This document shows, in pieces, positions 36,620 to 53,072 of a DNA stretch of 64,000 nucleotides; within the stretch, counting starts at the first letter, position 1, and each line of letters starts with the position of its first letter. The stretch is from Vicugna vicugna (lineage: Eukaryota). A model generated the notes under the pieces. The model had not been told where the DNA came from, made no database searches, and was given only the letters and a program-made list of their open reading frames with translations. The position numbers and the translations under genes were made by a program. The stretch spans positions 781,038-845,037 of the forward strand of contig MU058233.1 in the NCBI GenBank assembly GCA_013265495.1, in the 5' to 3' direction.

Positions 36620-38830
36620 GGACCACATTCTAGTCCTCAGAGAGCAAGTATTTAGTGTTTTAACATTAAGTATGATGCTAGCTGTCGATATTTTGTAGGT
36701 TGTGATTATCAGATTAGATTTCCTTCTGTTTCTGGCTTGTTGATAATATTTTATGATGAACAGCTTTTCCTCACACGCCTTTCCTGCATCTGTTGAAGTG
36801 GTAATGTTTTTTCTCCTTTATTCTGTTAGTATGACTTAATGATGTCTGAATGAGTATAGTACACTACTGAAGGAAACCTCATTTGATCAGGCCATATTAT
36901 GCCTTTTATGCATGGCTAGATTCGATTTGCTAATATTTTGTTAGGAATTTTGATTCTGTAAGAGTTACTTGCCTATAATGTTCTCCTCTTGTGTTCTTGT
37001 CTGATTTGAGATTGGAGCTCTGCTGGCCTTATAAAATGAGTTGAGTAGTCTGCACTCTTTCTTTGTTCTCTGAAATAATTTATGTGAGGTCGTTTTATTT
37101 ATTCCTTAAACGTTGGAAAAAATTCACCTCTGAAATCATCTAGACCTTGAGTTTTCTTTGAAGAAAGGTTTTAAATTCTGGGGGTCAGTTCCTTTAAGAG
37201 TTATGATTAATTCAGACTTTCTTTTTTCTTGTGTCACTTTTGAGTACATTGTTTTTGAAGAAATAAATCCATTTCATCTAAGTTGTCAAATATGTTGGCA
37301 TAAATGTATTAATGTTATATTTTCTTTTCAACAGTTTTATTGCAGTACAACCTCAGTAGGATCTACCTATTTTAAGTGTACAATCCAGTGATTTTTTTTT
37401 CCCCAGTAACTTTATGTTGTGTAAATCCAGTTTTAGAAGGCCATCATCACGGTCCAGTCTTAGAAAGTTTCCGTCACCCCAAGAGAGTCTTTGTGACATT
37501 TGCAGTCAGCCCCTCTCCCACCCCCGGTCTGAGGCAGCCACGAATTTGCTTGCTCTCTGTATGGGTTTCCCGCTTGTATGTGTCACACAGATGGCTTTCT
37601 GTAAATGTGTCATCTTGTGTGTCTAGCTTCTTTAAATTAGCATAGTGTTTTTGAGGTCCATCTATGTATTAGGTTAGAAGTTTTTATTGTAAAGAGTGTT
37701 CCAGTGTATGGATATGTGACTTTTTATTTATTCACCACTTAATGGACATTTGGATTATTTCTACTTTTTGGTGTTCAAAGTAACGTTAACATGAACAGCT
37801 GGGTACAAGTTTTTGTATGAGCCTGTGTTTTCATTTCTGTTGGGTACGTACGTAAAAGTAAAATTATATTGAACTTTTTAAGAAACTGCCATAGTTCCAG
37901 TGTCATTTTTTATTGCTACCAGCATGAAGTTCCAGTTTCTCCACGTCCTTCCCAACACTTGTTACTGTCTTTTTTTTTAAACATTTTTTTTGAGTTATAG
38001 TCAGTTTACACTGTTGTGTCAATTTCCAGTGTAGAGTACAATTTTTCAGTTACACATGAACATACATATATTCATTGTCACATTTTTTTCGCTGTGAGCT
38101 ACCGCAAGATCTTGTATATATTTCCCTGTGGTATACAGTATAATCTTGTTTTGTCTGTCTTTCTGATCACAGTCATCCCAGTGACTGTGAAGTGGTGTCT
38201 CATTGTGGTTTCAGTGTGCATTCCCTTAAGAAGTAATGAGGTTGATCATCGTTTCATGTACTTATTAGCCATGTCTCTATCTTCTCTATTAAAATGTATT
38301 CAGGTATTCTGCTTATTTTTTTAAAATAAGTCTGCTGCCCTTACATTCTTAGTTTTTCTTTGTAAAAAAATACCTTATCTCACACTTACTCCTGATGAAT
38401 GTTTAAGCTGGCCACAGAATTCTGGGTCAACAGGGTCTTCCTTCAGCACTTCCTTCTGCGCTTTTCAACAAGTCTTTTGCAGTCATTCAAATCACTGTTC
38501 CCTGGAAGTGATGTGACTTTTCTTTTTGTAGCAATTTGATTATGATGCGACCGGTCATGGATTTCTTCGTGTTTGTCCAGTTGTGGGTTCACTGAACTTC
38601 TTGAATCTGTAGGCTTATATCTTTTGCCAAATTTAGGGGAGCACTCAGCTGTCATTTCCAGAAACTTTTTTTTCACCATGCTTTTTCTTTTCTCTTTCTG
38701 GGACTCCCATGACACGGATTTACTCTGTCTGGCAGTGACCTGAGCTTTGTCCATTTTTAAGTCTTTCTCTCTTGTTTGCTCAAAATGGATACTTTCTCTG
38801 GACCGTCTTTCAGGTTTCCTTCTGAACGCC
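36620..38830 (-). mobile_element. Patchwork of antisense L1 fragments, including a young 3' end at about 37970-38150
   Basis: Typical antisense L1 ORF2, 3' and 5' text. Confidence 0.7.
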
Positions 38831-38854
38831 GACCCCCTGAGCAGCTGCGCCTGA

Positions 38855-39115
<261 letters not shown>

Positions 39116-39694
39116 TAGTTGCGGAGAGCTTTCAGTATTCTGAATGATTCTGGACCTAAATGTAGGAGATCAGAGTTCCTTGGGCTGGCACACCAGGGAA
39201 GGTGCTTGGCTCTCACTTACTGCTAACGAAGCCTTCATTTCGTTGTGCAGCCCCTGAAACTGATAGGACCGGTGGGAGCGGTGGCACCTCTGGCCCGTAA
39301 CTCGCTGTGGTCCCTGTGTGCTGCCGCGCGTGCTCGTCAGAGCAGCCCTGTGTGGCAGGGATGATGACTCTCCTCTTTTTTTCCTAACGAGGAAATTGAG
39401 GCAAAGAGGGCTTACTTTAAGTAACTTTCCTGAGGACTGACTGCTAGTAATTGAAGGAGCCTGCATTTGAACCAGGCAGGCTGGATGGAGCCTCGGAAAT
39501 GTCTGTGGTTTGGGGCTTGTATAACAGAAGGGAAAGATTCTTAGACCTTGTTAGCCACGGGAAGACCCTCATTCTGTTGAGAATCGTTTACTCTGTTGAT
39601 ACACAGTTGGGTGGGTGGCTTTGCTGGGTCCACTCATTCCAGACCCTGCTCATTGTTCAGTGGCCCTAAAGGCCTTTGCGATTTTCCTGAACAG

Positions 39695-39790
39695 GGTACA
39701 AAGTGACGAAGCCTGGTGTCATCCTCAAGCTGGAGCGGGGGGAAGAGCCGTGGGTAGGAGACGGAGGAGCGCCGAGGGCAGACGCCGTGG
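39695..39790 (+). CDS. ZNF84: ZNF84 KRAB-B exon
   Basis: gaacag|GG...GTG G|gtaagt, 96 nt; GYKVTKPGVILKLERGEEPWVGDGGAPRADAV. Confidence 0.93.
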
Positions 39791-40261
39791 GTAAGTGTGA
39801 GAACCCGGCCTCCGGGGTCAGGCGCAGCTGCTTGGCGCAGGGCGGGGCGGGGTGTTGGCGTCTTTGACATGTGCCTGAGCTCTTTTCAGAATCCCTAGGA
39901 CCCGTGGTGGTGGTGCACAGCAGCCGGCGGGGGCCGCTCAGGTAAAGCGCTTCCGCACGGGGCAGCTGTGCTCGCAGCTCCAGGTGAAGTGTTTCCAGAG
40001 GCTCGGGGCCGTGATGTTGTTTACGCCCTGGCTGTCACATCTAGACTCCGACTTCCTGTTAGGTGTTCCATCCCCTGACCTGGCTCGCCTCCCCGGCCCT
40101 CCCCTCCCCTGCAGTTGGAGACCCCTGTGCCTGCATGGCAGGTTTTTATTTTCCCCCACTTCGGGTGTCTCTGAATGTGCCTAAACCTGCCCTGCAGAGT
40201 TCAGTCTCATGCCAGAAAATGCAGTCATCATCCGTCCCAAACCCTTTGTCCATTTCTTCCC

Positions 40262-40403
40262 TTTTTGTTTTTGTTTTGTTTTGTTTTGTTTTGTGGGGGT
40301 GCGTGATTAGGCTAATTTATTTATTTAATGGAGGTACTGGGGATTGAACCCAGGACCCCATGCATGCTAAGCATGTGCTCTACCACTGAGCTATACCCTC
40401 TCC
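40262..40403 (-). mobile_element. Vic-1-type SINE
   Basis: TSD ccatttcttcccttttt on both sides. Confidence 0.9.
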
Positions 40404-42654
40404 CCATTTCTTCCCTTTTTAAATTAGGTTCTGGTGTGCTGTTTTTGTGGCTTAGACACCATGGAGTACATTGAACTCTCTACCATTTTGCTCTAATAAT
40501 TTAAGTTTTTTGCCCTTTGGAAGACACCTTTTTAGAGACTTCTCAACTCCCACTTAAAACTAGGCCTGTGATGTCCCCTTCCTAAATTTCCCAAGTTGCT
40601 GGGTAGGTCCAGGTTCTCTTCTGTGCGTTTTCTCCCCCCCACACCGTGTTGAGTTCTGACAGGTCCAGCACCACGCAGACCCACTGAACCCCCCTCCTCC
40701 TGCTACTTGCTGTGTGGCAGGGACTGACTGCAGGTTCCCTCGAAAGCAGACCCAGAGACACTGATCTGAGTGCGAGAACTTAATGGGGGTGTGATCCCCG
40801 CCGTGCAGCGGGGGGAAGGGAGGTGGGAAGGGGCAGGGTGGGGGATGCCATGAAGGGTGTGCGGCTTCGCTGCCACAGGCCGGCGCTCAGTGCTGCCGGG
40901 AGCCCTCCCAAGACCAGACAGCGACGTCCCCCTCCCCCTCCCCCCTCAGTGATTGAGCTTTGCTACGGGGACACCAGGGCTCCAGATTGTCCAGCGGCCC
41001 TGCACACAGCCCTGGGGCATGCACTTGCAGCCCAGGGAAGGTCTCGGTGGAGAGGTGTGGGTACCAGGGTGGCCCCCACCACTGGCCCAAGTGGCAGTGT
41101 CCTCTGCAAGTAGCTGAAGGTGGAGGTGAGGCAACAGGCTGGACCTCTTCTTCAGGGACTTGACAGTGTGAGCCTGTGTGGCCTGTCCAGCTGGTTCTCC
41201 CTTCCCCGGCTCCATTTCAGCATTTCTCAGTGTTTTCAGAAACACAGTATTTATTCTCTGTGTCTGACCTTTTGATTGTGTGGTGCTGTCTCTGTCTAGA
41301 AACTAATCCTTTCTGCACAAACTCTGTCTTCACTGCACTCCTGTCCATGAAATGTTTCCTGTCTGCTCCAGCCTACCCTTTCCTCACCTTCTTCCCAAGT
41401 CCCATTCCAGACCCCACTGCAGTGTATGCAATAATTTTTCATTTGTTGTTCCCTGAGCCTCGTTTGTACACACAGACGCAAAGGCTTATAATTTAATGTC
41501 TTCAGTTATGGGACACCTAACACCCATTCAATAAATATCTCTCCACGAGGCCATTGTTACACAGGTGTTTTTAGCCAGATGTGCGTCTGATTATGTGGGC
41601 TTTTTTTTCCCCCCAAAAATGAGCGTCATGGACCCATTACTAGAAACTGGTTCGGTAGAGTGATGTATGTGTGGTTTTTAAACTTGGTATTCCAGGAGTG
41701 GAATTGTAATTTGAGAAATCTCTTGTGATTTTTGCATCCTTATTGAGACCCAGCACTTCAGGGACTGCAAAAAATAATTGAAAAGTAAGAGACCTAGAAA
41801 ATACCTTCCAGAAGCATAGAACTTAGTTAAGAAGATGAGACGTTTGCATCCAGTTTTTTTTTTTTCCCCCAAAATTTAAACGTTGAGCACTTCAGGTTGC
41901 ATTACTTTGCAGTTCAGGGTTCGTTGTCAAAATTTACATAGAGAAGGACCGTGTGTTGGGGTCCTTGAGACCTCTGCTGTGTTCAGAGAGTCTCTGGAAA
42001 GACTCAGGGTCCAGGTGTACTTACGTCTAAGGTTTGTTGCAGTGACGTAACAGGGACCCACAGCTGCATCACAAGGGGAAAGGCCCGAGCTGAGCCTAGA
42101 GGAGTCTGTGTGCAGGCTTCCTGTGCTCACCCTAGGAGGGCCACACAGCTCACTCGGTGCACTCAGAATGCAGTAACACATGTGATGTTTCTGCCCAGGG
42201 TTTTATATTGGGGGTGGTCACGTAGGCCCTCTGCCTGCACCAGCACTTCTTACTCCCAGAAGGAGACCAGGCACTCAGCACTGACCATATTATTTGTACA
42301 CAGTTGAGGCCCAGGGAGCCAGTTTTGTCACTTAGGGAATGGTGGAAACACTCCCCAAACGCAAGTTCCCAAATGCCAGCTGTGGGCTAGCCTGGCCAGG
42401 AGGCCTGTCTGTGCGGAGCAGCCTCAGGCCCAGTGCACAGACTGCTTGTGCAGTTCATAGGAAATGGAACATGTGCTGATCCCTTACACTTCTCAGGCAC
42501 TGTGCTGGGCGCTGTGGTTACAGCAGTGACAGTTAGATACTCCTGCCCACGTAATGCTTGCTTTCTAGTGGGAGGGTCAACAGGAACAGGTTAGCAACTG
42601 ACCAAGAGAAAACCCAGACCCTGAAGGGGCTATTGCAGAAGTAAACCAGGTGGT

Positions 42655-43065
42655 ACTGTAGGAGTGTTCGTCCACTCAGGTGCTGTAACGAAGCACCACA
42701 GACTGGGCAGTGTGAACAGCAGAGTCACTCACAATCCTGAAGGCTGGAAGCCTGACACGAACGTGCTGCCTGCTCAGGTGCCAGTGAGAGCTGTCTTCCT
42801 GGCTTAGACAGCCGCCTTGTTGGCTTGTGACTTTGTCTTCCCATGATCTTTCCTCATTCCCGCCCGTGGGTGCAGGTAGGGGGCCTCCCTGGCGTCACTG
42901 GTAAGTACACTAATCTGTTGGATCAGGGCCCCAGCCTTCATGATCTCATTTAACCTTGTTTCCTTCCTTGGAAATTCCATCTCCAAATGCAGCTACCCTG
43001 GGGGTTTGGATTTGAACACATGAATCTTGGGGGAGCACAGACATTCAGTCCATACAGAGAGTAAC
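42655..43065 (-). mobile_element. MLT1-type LTR
   Basis: gctgtaac...caccacagactgggc...ggctggaag...cagacattcagtccataca. Confidence 0.7.
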
Positions 43066-43337
43066 GTGGAGTGGCCAACCCTGGACATGAAGACTGAGGT
43101 GAACAGGCTGTGTGAAGAGCTGGGGGAACATGTTTCCCAAAGGAGTGACAGATATGAGTGCATTACGTCAGGAAGGGGGCTCAGTGACACTGAGAAGCGG
43201 GAGGAAAGCCTGTGTGTCTGAAGGTCAGGGTGCCTGGCAGACAGGTTGCAGAGAGTGCAGGAGCTGGATCATGGATCCGCTTGTGAACTGGCGGGAGGAG
43301 TGTAGATTGGCTCAACTAATTTTAAGTAAAAGTCAAC

Positions 43338-43455
43338 TTTTTGTATGTGTGGTGAGGTAATTAGTTTACTCATTTATTTATTTTAATGGAGGTTCTGGGA
43401 ATTGAACCCAGGGCCTCATGCATGCTAAGCACACACACTCCCACTGAGCTATAGT
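43338..43455 (-). mobile_element. Vic-1-type SINE
   Basis: Same SINE text. Confidence 0.8.
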
Positions 43456-43870
43456 CTAATTTTAAATAAATGTAAAATTACATGATTTACATTTTTAAAA
43501 TTACAGCCTGACCATAGAGGGAAAAATGTAATTGGAAGCAGAGAAACCAGTTAGAAAGATATTTCATTGAAATAATCAGATGGATTAAACTATAGCAGAG
43601 AAAAGTGATAAAGTTGAGGTATTTGGGATATACTACAGATGACCAAATACAGAGCAATCCCATTTTCCTAGTGGGGAAAAATTTGAGCAAAGATGTGGGG
43701 GAAGGTAGATAAAATTTCCAAATGTGTACTTAGTTGGATAATGCAACATTTAAAGTAATACACAATTATAAATTTAATTTTCAAGTACTCCATTTTCAGC
43801 TGTCACATTTCCTGAGGCCACTTTATTCAAATTCGTAATGTACATCTCAAAATTCATGTCTATCATAGAC

Positions 43871-44117
43871 TTTTTTTTTAAATTGAGGCATAGTTGGTTT
43901 ACAGTGTTGTGTCAATTTCTAGTGTACAGCACAATGCTTCAGTCATACATGAATATACATATATTCATTTTCATATTTTTTCATCATAAGCTACTGCAAG
44001 ATACTGAATATATTTCCCTGTGCTGTACAGCATATACTTATTTATCTATTGTATGTATACCAGTCAGTATCTGCAAATCTTGCACTCTCAGTTTATCCCT
44101 TCCCACCCTCTCCCTGT
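43871..44117 (-). mobile_element. L1 3' end
   Basis: T-run plus L1 3' consensus. Confidence 0.75.
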
Positions 44118-45270
44118 CTGTTACAGGCTCTTGATTTTAATCTCCAGATCTCCTTTTCTCTCAGTCTTCCCAACTCAGTAATTAACCCTGGAATGCCCTG
44201 AATTGCTCAGATTCCAAGCTTAGGGCTCATTCTTTTTTTTTCTTTTTTTGACATTTATACTTTTTTTTTTAATTGAGGTATAGACAGTTTACAATGTTGT
44301 GATACATTCTTGATACTTTACTTTTCCTAATCCCCTTCACATCAACTCCATCTCCTTGCTTCTTCCTCCCAAATATATATGGCCAACAGCAAGCTGTGGG
44401 TTTCCTGCAAATTTTTTGCCCTCTATTGACATTTCAGTCCTTAAAAAGTATTTCACATTACTGATGGTCTTTTGTACCTATAGGCATGACCTCAGAAAAA
44501 ATTCCAAGTATAGATTATTAGTGAAAAGTAAACCTTTTAAAAAACATTGATATCACTGGTATCAGTGCTTATTTAGTGAGGAAAGTGAAATAGAGCCATG
44601 CAGTAAACTGCAGCTGAGCTGTCAGAATAGTTTAAGAATGCATTTCCATGAAAGAACACGTGGGTTTTAAAGTTTTGTGCCTGAACAGTGTATTTGAAAG
44701 ATGATGGGTTTGCAGTGTGTGGGTTTCTTGGTAATCATGTTGAAAATGTATATGATAAGTTTAAGTAAAACTTTCAGGAGATTTGAGAATGGGAAGAAGT
44801 ACACAACTATTTCTCATTCTCCAATCTGGAAGTAGTTTTTGCCATTTACTCTCGTCAAACCTGTTGATTTTCTTCTTAGTATTCAGCACAGTGTACACTT
44901 GTGTTGGTTTTCACATTATCTGCTTGTTACCTTTTTCATGGAATGTACTTTTCGTAATGGCGGGGCTTGTCGTCTTGTGACTCCAGCCCTTCCCACACCA
45001 CCTGGAATGTGGTTGTACTCTGTGGGTGTCGAGTGAGTTAGTTCCTCAGAACTTGGCATCAGTGCTTCCTGCAACCTCCTTTCTTTGTTCCTCATTGCTG
45101 TTCATGTATTTTTCACATTCTCTCCATTTTATAAACTGTTATTTGAAGGCAACCAAAGGTAACTTAATGTACTGTTGCCGGTTCCTGTGTACAGCATGTA
45201 CATTTTTTCACTACCTAGCGGGCAGATACTGTACTTGGGACTTACTTGAGACTAGGAAACTAAGCGTTAA

Positions 45271-47343
<2,073 letters not shown>

Positions 47344-49194
47344 GGGTTGACAGAGGTCTTACCTCATGTCTCAGATAATAGTCACATCACACACGTCTGA
47401 GTGCTCCTGTAGGATAGGAACACTGAGGGAGGTTACGTAGAGAGAGCTTTCAGCATATCAGTGTGTTTATTGTATCAGGATTTGTAGAGCAGAATGACCC
47501 TGTGAAAAGCAGTGAGTTTCAGAAACCTTTCAAACCACAGTCAGACCTTACACCATAAAAAAGTGACAGCAAAGAGGAACACTGAGTATCAGAAAATCTT
47601 CCAGAGAGCAGGTCTCATTAGCTGGGAATGAACCCCATTCCAGTGAGTTAAGGAAAACTCCATTCATGCTGCAGTTGCAACACAGAATATTTTCATCAAG
47701 AAATGATGGCTCATTGTACATAAGAAAATGCCATCAAGAATGAAACTCTGTGACAATACTGTGGTTCAGTCTTCAGCGTGCAACCTCACCGTATTGTCTC
47801 CTGTGGCTGGACCTAACCGTTGAAGACATTGGAAATAGAAGCTTCTAAAAATAATGCTATAATGGAAAGCCACGCACTTTTCATAGACCTGGGTCCCCAA
47901 ACACCCAGTTCTAAATGGTTGACAAATGTTCACTCTGAGTATGAAGCTTTAAAAAAATACGTGAATAAATTGAATCATTGGAGCATCTAAGTAAGAAATT
48001 TCTCAGTGGTGTGTAACTCTAGCTTTTCCTGTACCACAGGATGTGATTTGTGTTTTGGAATCGCACATGATAATTAATTGGGAGCATGGGATGTACAAAC
48101 CTTGTCACTCTGAGTCTGTCCGGACACCACGTGTCGCTGGTGTTTTCTGATTTAATGATACTGTAAAAATGGTAACTAGTGTGGCTTGTCTTCTAACTCA
48201 GTAAGTAGCATAACCAGTACCACAACACCTTCGTTTCCTTATGATTTGTCGGCACATAAAAGGGTCAGTAGTAGCAAACGCCAGCTTTATGTTAAAGCCT
48301 GCATCCTCGGAGCCTGAGAAACAGTTCACAGAAAAGCCGGTGGATAGTATTCAAGGGTAGAACTGCTGAATAGCAGTAGTGAAGCGTGAGCCAAGGAAGG
48401 AGGTGTGTGGATTGTGCTGCTTGGCACTCAGACGCAAGGCCAGTGGTGCTGTGCAGGGCCCTTCCTCTGGCAGTGAGACGCCCCCTGCAGCAGGTGTGTG
48501 CATCCCCACGCTGGGTGACCCGTGTTTCCGTGTCCTGTGATGCAGTTTCGTGGGCACTCTGTGCTGCCAACGCTTTTGGTCTTTTGCAAAATAACTTGTA
48601 AACAATTAAATGGAGAGATCAAGTATTTAAGAGTCACTGTTCAGAAAGTGTACAACACAGAGTTTTGTGGTGAGAAATATATTTTTGATGTATTCAAGGA
48701 AGTGTATTTTGCCTTCCTGCACGTTTTGGTGATTACGGGACAAGTTATTAAGAGACAATTTTTTCATAGTTTCATCATTTGAAACATTTGTGTCTCACCT
48801 GCCTTTCACCTATTGCGTCATCCACACATTGTGCAGTTGATACTGTGTAAGTGTGGTTCCCTGTGAAAATGCATGAACCATTGGCTTTTTGAGAACTGGA
48901 ATTTTGTAGTGATTTCTCTATAATATTGCTTGACAAAGTTAACTGTATTTTTTGTATGATGGTGAAATTTAGACAAGTACAGCATTTGTTTCCAAACTTG
49001 GAAAGACTCAGGCTCTCCCTTATGCACAAGTTTTGTCATTATGGTGTATTGCACCTTTGATTTGAGCCATATTTTTTCCCTTTAGTTACCGTTGTTAACA
49101 TCATTGTTGAAAAGTTGGGGCTTTAAGTAAATGAGAGTAATTTTATGAACCACTCCATCAGAATTTCGACAGCCAGCTAATCCTGTTTTTCCAC

Positions 49195-49718
49195 GTGGTA
49201 ACTTAAAAAAAAAACCCATTTCCCAAATTATTATTCCTACTCAAATTTATGGACTTCCTACTTTTCTCTCGAATACCTGGAAGTCACTTTCCTGGGTGGA
49301 GGGAACAGACCTTTGTAAAGGAACAGACATTCACAGTGTGATGTTTTACTTCGTGGTTTTTTCCATTTTTTTTTCCTTTCCACCTGCCCTGGTTCTCTTT
49401 CCTAGTCCCAGAGATGGATTTATTAGAGATTGATTCATTCATTAGATTGAGCTCAGTGGTAACTTAAAAAAAAAAAACCCATTTCCCAAATTATTATTCC
49501 TACTCAAATTTATGGACTTCCTACTTTTCTCTCGAATACCTGGAAGTCACTTTCCTGGGTGGAGGGAACAGACCTTTGTAAAGGAACAGACATTCACAGT
49601 GTGATGTTTTACTTCGTGGTTTTTTCCATTTTTTTTTCCTTTCCACCTGCCCTGGTTCTCTTTCCTAGTCCCAGAGATGGATTTATTAGAGATTGATTCA
49701 TTCATTAGATTGAGCTCA
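49195..49718. repeat. Direct tandem duplication, 261 bp plus 263 bp
   Basis: Copies at 49195-49455 and 49456-49718 read identical except an A10 versus A12 run. Confidence 0.95.
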
Positions 49719-51389
49719 GGGGTCTGTTGTCTTAAAATTTCCTGATTTTGCTCAGCTCTATTCTAGATTATTCCACTGACTATTAAGCAGTTAGACTCAG
49801 CACTGCCTTCGCAAAATGATGAAACTTCAGCGCTTACCTCTTGATTGAATACCCAAGAGCAAAAGATTCTTTCCTCGTGGCCAGGTCTTAGTCATAGGGA
49901 GGTCTGATGCCGGCCCCAGAGTTTTCATTTATCCGAATACCCAGTGTGGGGCCCAGGTATGCTGTGTGGCGCTCCCTGGGACCTCTGTCTTCTGAAGGGT
50001 CACACGAGGGCCCTGAAGCTGGAGACCCTGAGTGCTGGTTTTTACACTATGTTGGTAGCCACAAAAACTGTGTCTCTACGGCCCCCTCGTTGATTCCTAC
50101 CACATCAAGAAGCAAGCCAGTGTAAAGTTAGACCAGGTTTATTTAGGATTTCTTGACGCACACTCAGTGATGCTGAGATGGAGGACTTGAGGACACCAGG
50201 TGCAGGAAGCATCGTCCATCCCTCCTTCTTCAACACCGAGGCTCTTCCTCTGGCCCGGAGACAGTCCTGCAGAGGACAGGCCCTGCGGCATTCCTTTCAC
50301 TCAGCAGTGGGTGTTTTGCAGGTCCGGTCTGTGAATTTTGAGACCTGTCCCAGGACTGCCTTGCATTTAACTCTGATATCCCCTGGCACAGCTACGTCTG
50401 TATGGATCCATGTGTTCCTGACGTTTTGGTTTCCAGAGCATCACTGAGATGAAATGAATCCACAAAGTACTGGATTTCTCTGCCAGTATCTGTATTACGT
50501 AGCAGAAGATAGATCAGGAGGCCTTTGAATGCTACACTTGAGACCTCTGGCATTTGGTCATTTCGTCCAGCAGTGTGTTTCCAGGTTGTCAGTGTCGGGG
50601 AGTTTGTTAGTCTACAGACTTGGGGCCAACGAGCTTTCAGACACTGAGCACCTAGTTCTGGCCTTAGTGCTCATAAACTAGCTCAGCCATGGCCCCTGCA
50701 GCTGTGTGCACATTTTTTGCCTGTTACTTTCATCCTTTTTCAGTCCATTTTCCACACGTACACACAGTAGCTAAAAGACACAATTCTAAATACACACCCC
50801 TGTGTAATCTGATTACACATGTGTGGGAACACTGTGCCGTACTGTGGACTGAGAGTGTAATATTGTCATGGTAATTGAGGACTTTTATTACAATTCATGC
50901 CTGTCCATCGTTTCTGAGTACTTTATCTTTCCTCTTACACAGTTTTTTTTGGCTTTCTTTTCCCTGAGATTCCTACAATCTCCCCTTAGGCGTTTTACAA
51001 ATCTGCTGCCGCTGAGATGCCCTTGTCCCTTGGTAACGCCTGCTCAGCCTCTGTGACCCTGCCCTTTTTTGTCACAGGTGAGATAACTGTTGCGTGTTTT
51101 ATCTTTCCCACTAAAGCTGGGAAGCTGGGACTCTTGTTTGTACATTTTTAGCAGCTGAGGCTTTAGTACCTAAGCACGAATGGTGCGGGTGGCTGTGTTT
51201 CTACCACCTGGAGAAGCACAGTCGGCGGTGAGAGAAGAAGGACGCCACCGTGGAAGCAAAGCCAAGGACCGGGCCGAGGGAGCCCCAGGGTCTGGTTCTT
51301 GTCTGATGTCCAGAGTCATCGCTGCCCTTCTGCCGTGATTGTCGGACTTCTGCTGTGAGACAGCCCGGATACTCTTCTAATAAACCCCG

Positions 51390-52345
51390 TGTTTGTGTCA
51401 ACGGGCTCCAGTTGTGTTTGTTTCCGACAACCCGAGGACTCCCAACTAACAGGAGGGTCAGGCTGTGTCGTCAGGTGGGGTCTCGAAGCAGATACTGTGA
51501 TGAAGTTTGGGGTGCAGGCTGTTTATCGAGGGTCAGCATGAAGTGGTGAAGGATAAAATAGGCAAGATTGATTGGAGGCAGAAGTCATTCTTCACCGTAG
51601 GTTGTGGGAATGGTGGCTGGACCCGCGGGGGCACAGAAGCAAGTTTTTCTCATGAGGGGGTCTCATGTTTGGCCTGGATGGTCAGGCCCATCGAACCCTC
51701 AGTCACCAGTCACCAGAGGCAGATTGCTGCCCTGGAGAGGGAGTAGTCTCAGCAGAGGCCGCGCTTCTCCCGAGGCCAACTCTGAAAAAGCTGGCAGGTG
51801 GAGGAGTCTGCCGCTGGGCAGCAAATCGCTCCAGAAAGAGTGTCAGTGGAAATAAGTGCACAGCCTAAAAGTTAACGGTTTTACTCAGTGGACATTTCTG
51901 AATCCTCAAACCCCTTGAGTCTGGGATGACAGCCTCTCCGATCGCTCTGAGGGACTGCTCTGAAGAGGTGGGGGAGGAGCCAGGATATATGAGTTTTACA
52001 GCAAAGACCAAGTAGTCAGAACTTCAAAAGATGACTGTTGAGTAGAGAAAACCAGGCATCCCAAGTTAGGGAGTCTTGTGCTTTTCTGTGTGTGGGAAGG
52101 TGCAAAGGTCTGGGCTCACTGAAGTCACTTCTGTGACCTGCACCTCAGCTGTCTGGGGCCAGTGCCCTGCGCTTTCCCATCCTGAGTCCCCTCAGGGGCA
52201 GCGCTCTGGGTGGCTGCAGGGGCCGGGCTGCCTGCTGGTCTCCATCCTGAGTTCCCTCCTCTCACTGTGGGGGTGGTGGCAGCAATGACTTGATGGCGGC
52301 GGCATCCTGTGTTTACTGGTATGGCTGCAGTACTTTCCATTCGCA
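51390..52345 (-). mobile_element. ERV1-class (MER41-like) LTR sequence
   Basis: gacagcctctc...gctctgagggactgctc...tctgggctcactgaagtca...cacctcagct..tctggggccag; family from recalled consensus, left boundary uncertain. Confidence 0.55.
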
Positions 52346-53072
52346 AGAGGGATCCGGGTGATGTGTCCCCGTGATGACACGGTGCACCCTTCCCCTCTTT
52401 ACGTCCTTTCCCAGGGTCGGGCATGTCTCAGGAGCGACTGAGGAAGGAAGGTCAGTGGGACCAAGCACAGCCCTGCTGTCATTTTCTCTCGCCTGTTATC
52501 CAGTCCATAGTCTCCTCACTGTCACTACCTCTGGCTGGTGGTGTGCCCAGTCCCTCATTCCCGAGGGCGTCTGAGCCCTCCTTGGACCCGAGTTGCTGTG
52601 TTTCTGCAGTTACCATCACAGCTGGGGAGGAAGCTCCCAGATGCACTTGGGTGGGTCAGCTGGATCCACTCACACTCACTCCTCCCTGCCCTGGTGTGTA
52701 AAAGCTGCCCTCCCCTCATGGTGTGTCACATACCCCCGCAGGGATGGCAGCTCCTCCCACCTGCTGGACCGCGGGCGCTGGGAGCCCAGTTCCCATGGCG
52801 TATCTGTATCTTACAGTGAGGTGGAAGACGCTCTGTCCTTGTCCCTGATGGCGAGGGATTTGGCGCCCTTTCCTCACGGATGGGTCACTGCTGCTGGGCT
52901 GGGGTGCCCCAACGCGCTCGAGCACAGCAGCTTCAGGTGCAGGTGTGATGAGGTGTGTGAGGTGTCCTGGGTCCTCCTGTGCTGGGCACCATCGTCTTGC
53001 ACACCCTTGGGCTGCAAAGTGCGTCCTTGAGTCTGATGCAGTGTATGTGGGGTCCCATACTGGCCAGTCATT

